Positions 1-8,837 of a stretch of DNA of 64,000 nt are shown here, piece after piece. The stretch's first letter is position 1, and every line of letters starts with the position of its first letter. The position numbers were made by a program, and so were the translations under genes. The notes beneath the pieces are model-generated. The model ran no database searches. It was not told the DNA's origin and worked only from the letters and a program-made list of their open reading frames with translations. The DNA comes from Myxococcota bacterium (GTDB taxonomy: Bacteria; Myxococcota_A; Polyangia; Nannocystales; Nannocystaceae), in contig JBCCHT010000013.1 in NCBI GenBank assembly GCA_039028615.1, forward strand, positions 64,001-128,000, given 5' to 3'.

Positions 1-900
1 GGCCGCGGCCAGACCCGCGCGGAACTCCTCGTCGAGCTGCCCCGGCGGCCGGGTCACGGTGCGGATGCCGACCGAACGCAGCGCGTCTCGGAGCTCGGTC
101 TTGAAGGCGGTGATGTCGGGATGGCGCTGGTCGGGGTCGGGGTCGGTGGCCTGCTCGAGGCAATCGATGAGCGCCTCGGATCCGGTGAGCCCGAGGTCGC
201 GCACGGGCTGTCCCGCCTCGACCAGCGATTGCCCCGTGACCAGCTCGATGAACAACGCCGCCACGCCGAAGACATCGGTGGCCATGCTCAGCTGCGGCGG
301 CGACAGGACCTGCTCGGGCGCGATGTTGGGCAACAAGCCGCCGTAGCGAAAGCGGCTGAACCCCCGCGTACGAGGCAGCGAGCGGCCGATGCCCACGGCG
401 CCCAGCAGCACGCGCCCCTCGTCGGAGACGTGCACGGTATCGGCGGTGATGTAGCCGTGCACCAGCTGCTCGTGCAGCGCCCCCAGCCCGTTGCAGATGT
501 GGGCGATGAGCGAGTACGCCCCCTCTTCGTCGAGGTCTTGTCCGCGTTTGCGTCGCTCCCGGGCGAACTCGCGGACGGTGCCGCCCTGGGGCCAGGCCTC
601 GGCGGTGAACACCTTCACGCCCGCCGTGCCCATGCCGTAGCTGGGCAGCAGGTTGCGATGCTTGGTGTGGCGCCCCAGATCGATGTCTCGCTGAAGCTGA
701 TGGCGGAGGTCGGGCTGGGCCACCAAAATGGGGTCGAGCACCGTTACGAGCAGCGGGACGTCGTCCTGGCGCGCTTCGTACCAAAAGCCATGGGGGCACT
801 CGCCGAGCCCGCGCTCGATGATGATCGGCGTGGACTCGCGCACGCCGGGGGCCTGGACCTCATCGGTTTCGAGTGGGGTGCCCCGGGCAAGGATCTCCAC
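1..900 (-). CDS. Ser/Thr protein kinase-like protein (pseudokinase), partial, runs off the window start
   Basis: Not in the ORF track; translated by hand from GTG at 900. Kinase fold landmarks LGECPHGFWY, HRNLL, VHGYITADTV, LLGAVGIG, IAPEQ, TDVFG. Confidence 0.8.
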   Translation of the reverse strand, partial: MEILARGTPLETDEVQAPGVRESTPIIIERGLGECPHGFWYEARQDDVPLLVTVLDPILVAQPDLRHQLQRDIDLGRHTKHRNLLPSYGMGTAGVKVFTAEAWPQGGTVREFARERRKRGQDLDEEGAYSLIAHICNGLGALHEQLVHGYITADTVHVSDEGRVLLGAVGIGRSLPRTRGFSRFRYGGLLPNIAPEQVLSPPQLSMATDVFGVAALFIELVTGQSLVEAGQPVRDLGLTGSEALIDCLEQATDPDPDQRHPDITAFKTELRDALRSVGIRTVTRPPGQLDEEFRAGLAAA

Positions 901-993
901 GGCGGCACGATACCAGCTTTGCCCTGACTGCCGAATGGCCCCGGTCGCATGGGCTCCCAGCGGTGACTGGGCGATTGTGCGCCGACGATTGGG

Positions 994-2391
994 CTACTGC
1001 GGCTCGTCTTTGCCGAAGGCTTCGTCCACCGACTTCATGTTGCCGTCGTTGCGACCGCCCCGGATGCCCGAGAGCAACGATGCGCTACCGGCCTGCACCT
1101 CGTAGGGCGCCCCTTGGTCGGCGGACAGGGCCACCAGCCAGGGCTCGACGAGATCGCGGACGTCCTTGGTGGTGGCCCGCATCTGGCCCATGGACATGAT
1201 GACCTTCATGCCGAACTTCCGCTCGGGGCGAAGCAACAAGATCTCGTCGTCGCCTCCGTCGGGGCGCATGGCCATGGTGACGCGGGGACAGACGTAGACC
1301 CACTCGTCGGGGGTGGCATCGTCGTAGGCCCGCATCAGCGCGGCGTTGGAGCGCTCATCGGCGAGGATGCCCAGCGCGTGCACGATGGCGCAGCGGACAT
1401 CGAGCGAGGCGGAGGGCAGGCGCTTTTCGAGCACGTCGACCACGACCCGACCCTCGCGCTGGTCTCGGTGCTGCGCGAGAGCCCAGGCGGCGAGGCGCTG
1501 GGTGGGCTCGTCGGCGGCGTGCAGCAGCCCTTCGAGGATGGGCACCGAGCTGGTGACCTGGATCGAGCCCAAGGCGTACAGCAACCGGGGGTCGACCGTC
1601 TCACCCGCGTCGATCTGCGCCTGAATCTCGGTGTGGATGTACGGCGCCATGGGGCGATGCTGGAGCCGGCCCAGGGCCACCAGCGCCTCGCGACGAATCT
1701 CGGGGTTCTCGGAGCGGGCGGCGGCCACCAGAGGCACGACCACCGGGCGCTTGACGGGCAAGTCGTGAAAGCGGCCCAGCGCCCACGCGGCCCAGGGCGC
1801 GGCCGGGCCCTCGCTCTTGAGCGCCGCGGTCAGGGCGGGCAGCACCGGCTTGGCCCGCTGGATGGACAGCTTGGCCACCGCGGACCGCTGGAGCTCGGGG
1901 TCGTCGTAGCGCAGGTCGGCGAGGTTGTTGCCGATGGTGCGCTGGTACGTATCGAAGTCGTCGTTGACGAGGTTGAACAGGAAGTAGGTGACCGCCCCGG
2001 ACAGCACCACCACCATGGGGAAGCGGACGCCGCCGCCCTTGAACGAGGCGACCAGCTCCATGTCGTCGCCGCTGCGCTCGATCTGCTTTTCGGACCTGCC
2101 CTCGAGATAGGTGCGACGGAAGGCGCCGTGGAAGAGCAGTTCGTCGATGAGGAAGGCATCGAACAGCGCGACCACGAACATGGCCGCGTAGTAGCCGAAC
2201 ATCCACAGGCTCTCGGAGCCGGCCTCGACCCGACCCGCCCGCATGGACCGGGCCACGAAGATGGCGACGACGAAGCCGGCCATGTTGGCGAGCAAGGTCA
2301 GCGACACGAGCTTTGCGCGAAGCGCACGTCCCCGCCGGACGGGATTGGAGGCCGCAGGGGCAGGGCGGGGGTCGGACATGGCTCCACTCAT
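994..2391 (-). CDS. Membrane protein with HEAT-like repeats
   Basis: Three N-terminal hydrophobic helices followed by HEAT/PBS-lyase-like repeats (AAWALG, EIRREALVALGRL, VRCAIVHALG). Start may be 2379. Confidence 0.75.
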   Translation of the reverse strand: MSGAMSDPRPAPAASNPVRRGRALRAKLVSLTLLANMAGFVVAIFVARSMRAGRVEAGSESLWMFGYYAAMFVVALFDAFLIDELLFHGAFRRTYLEGRSEKQIERSGDDMELVASFKGGGVRFPMVVVLSGAVTYFLFNLVNDDFDTYQRTIGNNLADLRYDDPELQRSAVAKLSIQRAKPVLPALTAALKSEGPAAPWAAWALGRFHDLPVKRPVVVPLVAAARSENPEIRREALVALGRLQHRPMAPYIHTEIQAQIDAGETVDPRLLYALGSIQVTSSVPILEGLLHAADEPTQRLAAWALAQHRDQREGRVVVDVLEKRLPSASLDVRCAIVHALGILADERSNAALMRAYDDATPDEWVYVCPRVTMAMRPDGGDDEILLLRPERKFGMKVIMSMGQMRATTKDVRDLVEPWLVALSADQGAPYEVQAGSASLLSGIRGGRNDGNMKSVDEAFGKDEPQ

Positions 2392-2495
2392 ACCGAAAAA
2401 CCACGACCACTGCGGGGGGCGAGGGTTCCGCGCCGTCCCCGAAACCGCCGATTTCTGGCTTCTCGCGCGCAGGTGTTCCTACGGTGCTCGGCAGC

Positions 2496-4046
2496 ATGCC
2501 CGACGTCTCTGCGCATCCCGGGTCCGAGTCCACTTCCGAAGGCTCCCGCACGGCCACGCCGGACACGGAGGGGCCCCCCGAGGTTTCGATCCCCGTGCAC
2601 GATGCGCCGGAGTCCTCGGTGCGCGGGCAGGGGTTCTTGCGCCGGGTCTGGATCGCGGCCGAGAGCGTGGGCATGGCCAGCGGCATGGCCATGGCGCTGC
2701 TTCTGCTGGCCGATACGCGAGCCGCCGCCCTGGAGGCGCCCACGGTGGTGCCGGGGGTCAAGCTCGCCGGGCAGTCGGTCGGCGGGCTGCAGGCCGAGGC
2801 GCTCAGCGACCAAGCGCACTCGCTCGGGACCGAGGCGCTGGATCGGCCGCTGACGCTGTCGGCGGGCGAGGCTCAGGTGGAGACCTCGGCGCGGGCCCTG
2901 GGGGCCAACCCGGTCGCCGACGCCTCCATCGCCAATGCCCTGGCCGTGGGCCGCAGCGGGGACCCGTGGGTCGACCTGCGCGACCGCGTGCGGGCCTCTC
3001 GAGGAGAGATCGACCTGCCGATCGGCTACCGCTTCGTCGACGGCCCCGCGTTGACCGAGCTTCTGGCCCTGGCGCCCCAGGTGGACCGGCCTTCGCTGCC
3101 TACGCGCATCGATCTGGAGCGGCGCAAGATCGTCCCCGCCAGCACGGGCTCCGCCTTGCTCGCCTTCGACTCGTTGTCCGCCGTCGCCGTCGGCCTGGCC
3201 GAGGGCACCGATCGCATCGACCTGGTGGTGCAAGACAAAGACCCCGCCGAGGACCCGCTGGCCGACCTGGCCGACGAGCTGAACGTCAGCATCGTGCTCG
3301 GCAGCTTCGACACGCCGTACAGCTCCACCGACAACGACCGCACCCACAACCTCAAGGCGGGCGCGGCGGCCATCGACGGCACGGTTCTGCTGCCCGGTGA
3401 GGTGTTTTCCTTCAACGACATCGTGGGTCCCCGCAGCGCCGAAGCGGGCTATCGCTATGCGACCGGCATCGCGGCGGGCCAGCTCGTGGACACCATGGGT
3501 GGCGGCATCTGCCAGGTCAGCTCCACCCTGTTCGGCGCCGGGTTTTTCTCCGGCCTCGAGGTCGTGCGGGCGCGCCCCCACAGCCGCCCCAGCTCCTACG
3601 TCGACATGGGCCTCGACTCCACCGTCGTGTTCCCCGACATCGACATGAAGCTGCGCAACGACTTCGACTTTCCCATCGTGCTGCACATGACGGTCAGCCA
3701 GGGGAAGGTGCGGGCGGAGGTCCTGGGACCGCGGCGCCCCTATCAGGTCGCCTTCGAGCGCGAGCTGACCGAGCGCAAGCCCTACAGCACGGTGTGGCGC
3801 GACGACGACCGCCTGCGCGAGGGCACGGAGACCGTCGCCCAGCGAGGGATGCGGGGCTACACCCTCAAGCGCATCCGAAAGCTCTACCAGGGCGGCGAGG
3901 TCGTGAAGACCGAGGACTGGGACCTGCACTACCCGCCCACCACCGAGATTTTGCGGCGCGGCACCAACCCCGCGGGCGACGTGCCCGAGGCGAAGACGCT
4001 GCCGCCCCTGCGAGACCCGGCGCCCGCCCTCCGCATCGTGCAGTAA
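2496..4046 (+). CDS. VanW family protein (peptidoglycan-binding region + VanW + G5-like C-terminus)
   Basis: VanW motifs RTHNL, PGEVFSFNDIVGPR, GGGICQVSSTLF, HSRPSSYV, D-x-K-L-R-N. Start chosen at ATG 2496. Confidence 0.88.
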   Translation: MPDVSAHPGSESTSEGSRTATPDTEGPPEVSIPVHDAPESSVRGQGFLRRVWIAAESVGMASGMAMALLLLADTRAAALEAPTVVPGVKLAGQSVGGLQAEALSDQAHSLGTEALDRPLTLSAGEAQVETSARALGANPVADASIANALAVGRSGDPWVDLRDRVRASRGEIDLPIGYRFVDGPALTELLALAPQVDRPSLPTRIDLERRKIVPASTGSALLAFDSLSAVAVGLAEGTDRIDLVVQDKDPAEDPLADLADELNVSIVLGSFDTPYSSTDNDRTHNLKAGAAAIDGTVLLPGEVFSFNDIVGPRSAEAGYRYATGIAAGQLVDTMGGGICQVSSTLFGAGFFSGLEVVRARPHSRPSSYVDMGLDSTVVFPDIDMKLRNDFDFPIVLHMTVSQGKVRAEVLGPRRPYQVAFERELTERKPYSTVWRDDDRLREGTETVAQRGMRGYTLKRIRKLYQGGEVVKTEDWDLHYPPTTEILRRGTNPAGDVPEAKTLPPLRDPAPALRIVQ

Positions 4047-4122
4047 CGCAGAGGCCCGTTTTTTTGGGGGATCGCCTCCGTTGGCGTATCTCCAAAAGAG
4101 ATCTCCAGAAAGACGAGCAGCC

Positions 4123-4839
4123 ATGCGTGAGATGCATAAATGGAAGGACAAGGTCGAGCTGTCGCTCGACAACCGCCAGATTTTCTTCTTGTTCTTCGGG
4201 CTGTCGGTGGTCGGCTGCTTCGTGTTTGCGCTCGGCGTCATGGTCGGGCGTCGCGTGGAGTGGAATCCCGAGGGGGAGGTCGCCGCCCTGTCCGGCGAAA
4301 AGAGCCTCGCCCTGCTCGGGATGGAGCAGACCCCGGCGGAGCCGCTGAGCTTCAAAGAGGGCCTGAGCGACTCGGCGACCGCCGAGGTTCCGCCGACCCG
4401 TGACCCCTCCGAGCCCCCGCGCGACGAGGACGAGGTCAAGGCCGAGAAGAAGGCCGCCGCCGAGGCAGCCAAGGCCGCGAAGGCCGAGGGCACCGAAGAG
4501 GTGAAGCCCGCGCCCAAGAAGGTGCCGGTCGCCTCGCCCGAGGTGCCGCACGGCGCGACCCTGGCCAGCGGTAGCAACAAGGCCCCCGCCGCGCCCAAGG
4601 CCACGGGCAAGAAGTTCACCCTGCAGATGAAGGCGTTCTCGCGCGGCGAAGAGGCCGAGGCGTTCGCCGCCAAGCTCCGCGCCAACGGACACCAGGTCCG
4701 CGTGGAGGCGCACGAGGTCAAGGGACGCATCTGGCATCGGGTGCGGCTCGGCACCTTCGACACCTGGGCCGATGGGCTCGCCGCGAAGCAGGACTTCGAG
4801 GCGCAGGAGAAGGTCATCGCCTACGTCGTGCGGCACTGA
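4123..4839 (+). CDS. SPOR domain protein (FtsN/DedD-like)
   Basis: N-terminal TM helix, Pro/Ala/Lys linker, C-terminal FTLQMKAFS...WHRVRLGTF SPOR motif. Confidence 0.85.
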   Translation: MREMHKWKDKVELSLDNRQIFFLFFGLSVVGCFVFALGVMVGRRVEWNPEGEVAALSGEKSLALLGMEQTPAEPLSFKEGLSDSATAEVPPTRDPSEPPRDEDEVKAEKKAAAEAAKAAKAEGTEEVKPAPKKVPVASPEVPHGATLASGSNKAPAAPKATGKKFTLQMKAFSRGEEAEAFAAKLRANGHQVRVEAHEVKGRIWHRVRLGTFDTWADGLAAKQDFEAQEKVIAYVVRH

Positions 4840-4860
4840 GCCGAACGAGACGTTCGCCCG

Positions 4861-4894
4861 AAAGCCCGGCTGGTCGATGACCGCCGGGCTTTTT
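4861..4894 (+). terminator. Intrinsic terminator
   Basis: AAAGCCCGGC...GCCGGGCTTTTT stem with T-tract just after the SPOR gene stop. Confidence 0.8.
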
Positions 4895-4896
4895 CA

Positions 4897-6705
4897 TTGG
4901 TTTTACGTGTCACACTGGGGACGTTGGGCGACGGGGACGACGAGCAGGGGGAGGGCCACGAGCCGGTCGAGATCGAGCTCGACGAGGTGGACGGGGTCCT
5001 CGAGCGGGCGCGGCGGGAGCAGTGGCCGTCGCTGACGATGACGGTGGAGACCTGGACCTGGCCTTCGGACGATCACGAGCGGGTCTTCGTCCTTCCGCTG
5101 TCGCTCTCCGCAGAGCAGGTTCGGGCCATCGGGAAGCTGTCGAGCCTCACCTCCCTGAACCTGTGGGGGCACGGCATCACCGACGAGGACGTGGGGACGC
5201 TACGAGGGCTTTCGAATCTCACTTCGCTGAAGCTTCGGCGCAACCAGATCGGGCCCGAGGGGGCCCGGGTGCTGGCGGGGTTTTCGAACCTGACGACCCT
5301 CGAGGTCACGGGCAACCGGCTCGGCGACGAAGGAGTGCGTTCGCTTTGGCCGCTGTCGAAGCTGTCGATGCTGGAGCTGAGCAACAATGGGATCGGAGTC
5401 GAAGGCGTGTGCGCCCTGGCGGAACTGGAGGCACTCACCGAGCTCCATGTCTCCTACAACGAGCTGGGAGACGAGGCCGCTCGAGCGTTGGGAGCGTTGT
5501 CGAACCTCGAGACGTTGGACGCGACGGACAACGGGATCGGAGCCGCGGGGGCGCAAGGGCTGGCGGAACTGTCGAACCTGCGGGCGCTGCACATCAGCTA
5601 CAACGAGGTGGGCGACGAAGGAACCCAGGCGTTGGCGCGGCTTTCCGAATTGCGCACGCTGTACCTCTACAAGAGCAGGATCGGGGACGATGGGGCGCGA
5701 GCGTTGGGCGAGCTGCTGCAGCTGCGCGAGCTGGGTCTGTCCGACAACGGGATCGGAGACGAGGGGGCGCGAGGGCTGGGGGTCCTGTCGAAGCTCGACA
5801 CGCTCTACCTCGATCGCAATCGGGTGCGCGCCGCGGGGGCTCGAGCGCTGGGGCAGCTGTCGAAGCTCGACACGTTGAAGCTGGGGGACAACATCCTCGG
5901 AGACGAAGGCGCGCGAGCGCTGAGTGGGTTGTCGAAGCTCACCGCGCTGCACCTGGACGACAACGGGGTCGGGGACGACGGCGTGCGATGGTGGCGAAAC
6001 CTGTCCGCCCTCCGGACGCTGTACCTCGGCGACAACGCGATCGGAGACGAAGGGGCCCGAGTCTTGGGCACGCTGTCGGAGCTGCGGACCCTGGACCTCA
6101 CGAACAACCGGATCGGCGACGCCGGGGCGCGGGCTTTGGGGGCGCTGCCGAACCTCACCTCGCTGGGGCTGGGCGACAACCAGATTCGAGCCGAAGGGGC
6201 GCGAGCGTTGGCCGGGTTGTCGACGCTGGACACGCTGTATCTCCACTACAACCGGATCGGAGACGAAGGCGCGCGTGCGCTGGGCGGGCTGTCCCAACTC
6301 CGCGATCTGTACCTGGACGGCAACGGAATTGGAGATGAGGGCGCGGCGGCGTTGGGCGGGCTGTCGAAACTCAAGACGCTATTTCTCGCCGACAATGCGA
6401 TCGGAGACGACACGGCGCGGGTGTTGGGCCGGCTTTCCACGCTCACCCAGCTGGAGCTCGGCAACAACCGGGTGGGGGACAAAGGGGCGCGGGCGTTGAG
6501 GACGCTTCACGAGCTCGTCGAGCTGAACCTGTTCAACAACCGGGTCGGGGCCGAAGGCGCGCGGGTGCTGGTGGTCTTGCCCGTGCTCGAGGCGCTGTAC
6601 TTGAGCGGGAACGACGGTCCGGGCCTCCCCGCCCAGGTGCTCGGGGACGAATACGACAACTGTCTGGAAGACCTGCAGGCCTACTTCGCGGGGCTCGACG
6701 AGTGA
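4897..6705 (+). CDS. Leucine-rich repeat protein (Roco-type LRR array, no Roc/COR domain)
   Basis: About 20 tandem 24-aa repeats of the form LSxLxxLxLxxNxIGDEGARALxx. Start codon uncertain. Confidence 0.9.
   Translation: MVLRVTLGTLGDGDDEQGEGHEPVEIELDEVDGVLERARREQWPSLTMTVETWTWPSDDHERVFVLPLSLSAEQVRAIGKLSSLTSLNLWGHGITDEDVGTLRGLSNLTSLKLRRNQIGPEGARVLAGFSNLTTLEVTGNRLGDEGVRSLWPLSKLSMLELSNNGIGVEGVCALAELEALTELHVSYNELGDEAARALGALSNLETLDATDNGIGAAGAQGLAELSNLRALHISYNEVGDEGTQALARLSELRTLYLYKSRIGDDGARALGELLQLRELGLSDNGIGDEGARGLGVLSKLDTLYLDRNRVRAAGARALGQLSKLDTLKLGDNILGDEGARALSGLSKLTALHLDDNGVGDDGVRWWRNLSALRTLYLGDNAIGDEGARVLGTLSELRTLDLTNNRIGDAGARALGALPNLTSLGLGDNQIRAEGARALAGLSTLDTLYLHYNRIGDEGARALGGLSQLRDLYLDGNGIGDEGAAALGGLSKLKTLFLADNAIGDDTARVLGRLSTLTQLELGNNRVGDKGARALRTLHELVELNLFNNRVGAEGARVLVVLPVLEALYLSGNDGPGLPAQVLGDEYDNCLEDLQAYFAGLDE
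5134..6615 (+). repeat. Degenerate 72-bp coding tandem repeat (LRR)
   Basis: Recurring ctgtcgaa..ctc....aac...atcggagacgaaggc units. Boundaries approximate. Confidence 0.85.
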
Positions 6706-6758
6706 AGGCAAGGGCGGTCCGGCTGTCGTGTCGGTCGTGGTCGCGGTAGCCTGGGTGG

Positions 6759-7529
6759 GTGATTGGCTCGCGCTGGATACCGTGGGTGCTGGGAGCCTCG
6801 CTGTCGGCCTGCGGCGGACGCTCGCCCGACGCCAAGGGTGACGAGCCGCGGCCGCCCCCGAAGTCCGAGTCGCCATCGGCCGACGCCGAGGACTCTTCGG
6901 CGCCCGTACCCTTGCGGGGCCGCATCGAGCTACGCCCCCTGGCCGACGATTCCGAGATTGCGCACCGGATCGCCAAAGGGCCCGTGCCCGATGCCGTGCG
7001 GGCGCGCCTGCTCCCGCGTCCTCGGGTCGACACGGGAGCCGAGGAGGCCGTGTTCGAGGCCGATGAAATCGGCACGCTGCACGAGTGGGCGCGGACCCTC
7101 GAGCACGACCTGCCGCCCGGCTACCGCGTCGCCTACGAGAAGACCGAGCCGGTCGGCCAACCCACGCTCACGCAGCCGATGCACAAGGGGTGGCGCCTGC
7201 ACCTCATCCGCACCGACGACGGCTTTCAGATCCACGATGCCACCGGTCGGGTCCGCCGCTCGAAGTACGGCGGGGCGCCCGAGATGATGGTCGAGCTCAC
7301 CGAGGCGGACGGCAAGCGCCTCGACGAGCTCAGCGGGCGCATGGTGGGGCGCAAGATCGCCATCATGCTCGACCACCAAGTCCTGTCCGCGCCGCAGATG
7401 AACGAGCGCATCAGCGGCGGGAAGTTCGTGGTCACTCTCGGCCACGGGAGCCAGGATGCCCGCGACTTGGTCGCCAAGCTCGCGAAGATCCCGGTGTCCG
7501 AGGTCGTGCTGCCTCCCGCGGACGACTGA
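6759..7529 (+). CDS. Lipoprotein with SecDF P1 head-like subdomain
   Basis: Lipobox LSAC; C-terminal GRKIAIMLDHQVLSAPQMNERISGG resembles the SecD head. Confidence 0.75.
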   Translation: MIGSRWIPWVLGASLSACGGRSPDAKGDEPRPPPKSESPSADAEDSSAPVPLRGRIELRPLADDSEIAHRIAKGPVPDAVRARLLPRPRVDTGAEEAVFEADEIGTLHEWARTLEHDLPPGYRVAYEKTEPVGQPTLTQPMHKGWRLHLIRTDDGFQIHDATGRVRRSKYGGAPEMMVELTEADGKRLDELSGRMVGRKIAIMLDHQVLSAPQMNERISGGKFVVTLGHGSQDARDLVAKLAKIPVSEVVLPPADD

Positions 7530-7592
7530 GGCCGTGCTCGGCCCTCGCCGCCCGCCTGGACAACCCGGGGCGCAGGCGCGACGCTGCACCGC

Positions 7593-8648
7593 ATGGCCGA
7601 CTCGTCCCGTACCGCCCAGCCCGGAGACCTCGTCTGCGTCACCGGAGCGTCTGGTTTCATCGCCAGCCACATCGTGGCCGAGCTTCTGCGGCAGGGCTAT
7701 CGCGTGCGGGGCACGGTGCGGAACCCCAGCGACGAGGCCAAGACGGCGCACCTGCGGGCGATCGAGACGGAGACGGGCGGACAGCTCGAGCTGGTGGCGG
7801 GTGACCTCATGCAGCCGGGGGCGTTCGACGAGGCGGTCGCCGGCTGTCCCTTCGTCTGCCACACCGCCTCCAGCGTGCGCCTGGCCGCCGACGACCCGCA
7901 GCGCGAGATCGTGGACGTGGCCGTGCAAGGCACGCTCAACGTGCTCGGCTCGGTCGCCAAGGCGGGGGAGGCCCATCGGGTGGTGGTGACCTCCTCGGTC
8001 GCGGCCATCATCGACGAAGAGGTCCAGGACGAGGTCTACTTCACCGAGGAGCACTGGAACGAGTCGGCGCGGGTCGACGTCAATCCCTATCCGCTCTCGA
8101 AGACCGAGGCCGAGCGCGCGGCGTGGACGTTCGTGGACGAGCAGCCCGCCGACCATCGCTTCGAGCTGGTCACCATCAACCCCAGCTGGGTCTTGGGCCC
8201 CGTGCTGGCCAAGGTGCATGGACGCTCGAGCCCGGCGGTGATGCGCGACCTGCTGACGGGCAAGTTCCCCATGACGCCCAAGCTGGCGTTCAACTTGGTC
8301 GACGTTCGAGATGTGGCGCTGGCCCACGTGCGGGCCCTGCAGCGACCGGACGCCGCGGGACGCTTCATCATCAACAACCAGCGCAAGATCCTGCCGGAGC
8401 TGTCTGCGATGCTCCGCGAGGACTTCCCCGGCAAGAAGGTCCCGCGCTTCGCCATGCCCAACCCGCTGATGTACGTGGTAGCGCTGTTCGACAAGCGCAT
8501 CACCTGGTCGTTCTTGCGCAAGAACCTCGACGCGGTCACCCGGCTCGACAACGGTAAGTCGCTCAAGGTGCTGGGCATCGACTACCGCCCCGTGCGCGAG
8601 ACCGTGCGCGACACGGGGCAGGCGTTCATCGACCTCGGCGAGGCCTGA
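7593..8648 (+). CDS. NAD-dependent epimerase/dehydratase (dihydroflavonol/aldehyde reductase-like extended SDR)
   Basis: VTGASGFIA Rossmann motif, TSSVAA, YPLSK (YxxxK), INPSWVLGP. Confidence 0.9.
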   Translation: MADSSRTAQPGDLVCVTGASGFIASHIVAELLRQGYRVRGTVRNPSDEAKTAHLRAIETETGGQLELVAGDLMQPGAFDEAVAGCPFVCHTASSVRLAADDPQREIVDVAVQGTLNVLGSVAKAGEAHRVVVTSSVAAIIDEEVQDEVYFTEEHWNESARVDVNPYPLSKTEAERAAWTFVDEQPADHRFELVTINPSWVLGPVLAKVHGRSSPAVMRDLLTGKFPMTPKLAFNLVDVRDVALAHVRALQRPDAAGRFIINNQRKILPELSAMLREDFPGKKVPRFAMPNPLMYVVALFDKRITWSFLRKNLDAVTRLDNGKSLKVLGIDYRPVRETVRDTGQAFIDLGEA

Positions 8649-8837
8649 GCACGCTTTTCTCGCGCGGTTGCGGTCGATCTGGCACGGGCCGTTCGTTTGA
8701 CATCTCGTCATGACACGACGTCGGGTCCGGGGGCCGCGGGGCTGCCGATTTGCCTGGGTCACGGGCCGGTGTGCGAGCTAACTGCCTGTTTCGATTGACC
8801 GCGTCGCGTGGGCCCGGCCGTTGCTTTGGATCGGGGC

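Noticed and set aside
2496..4046. Vancomycin resistance locus
   Set aside because: VanW domains are widespread, and no vanHAX or vanRS genes are present.
5134..6615. Regular repeats as a possible CRISPR array
   Set aside because: In-frame degenerate 72-bp LRR coding repeats; no unique spacers and no cas genes.
8680..8696. TGGCACG upstream of gspD as a sigma54 promoter
   Set aside because: The -12 position reads TC rather than GC at the required spacing.
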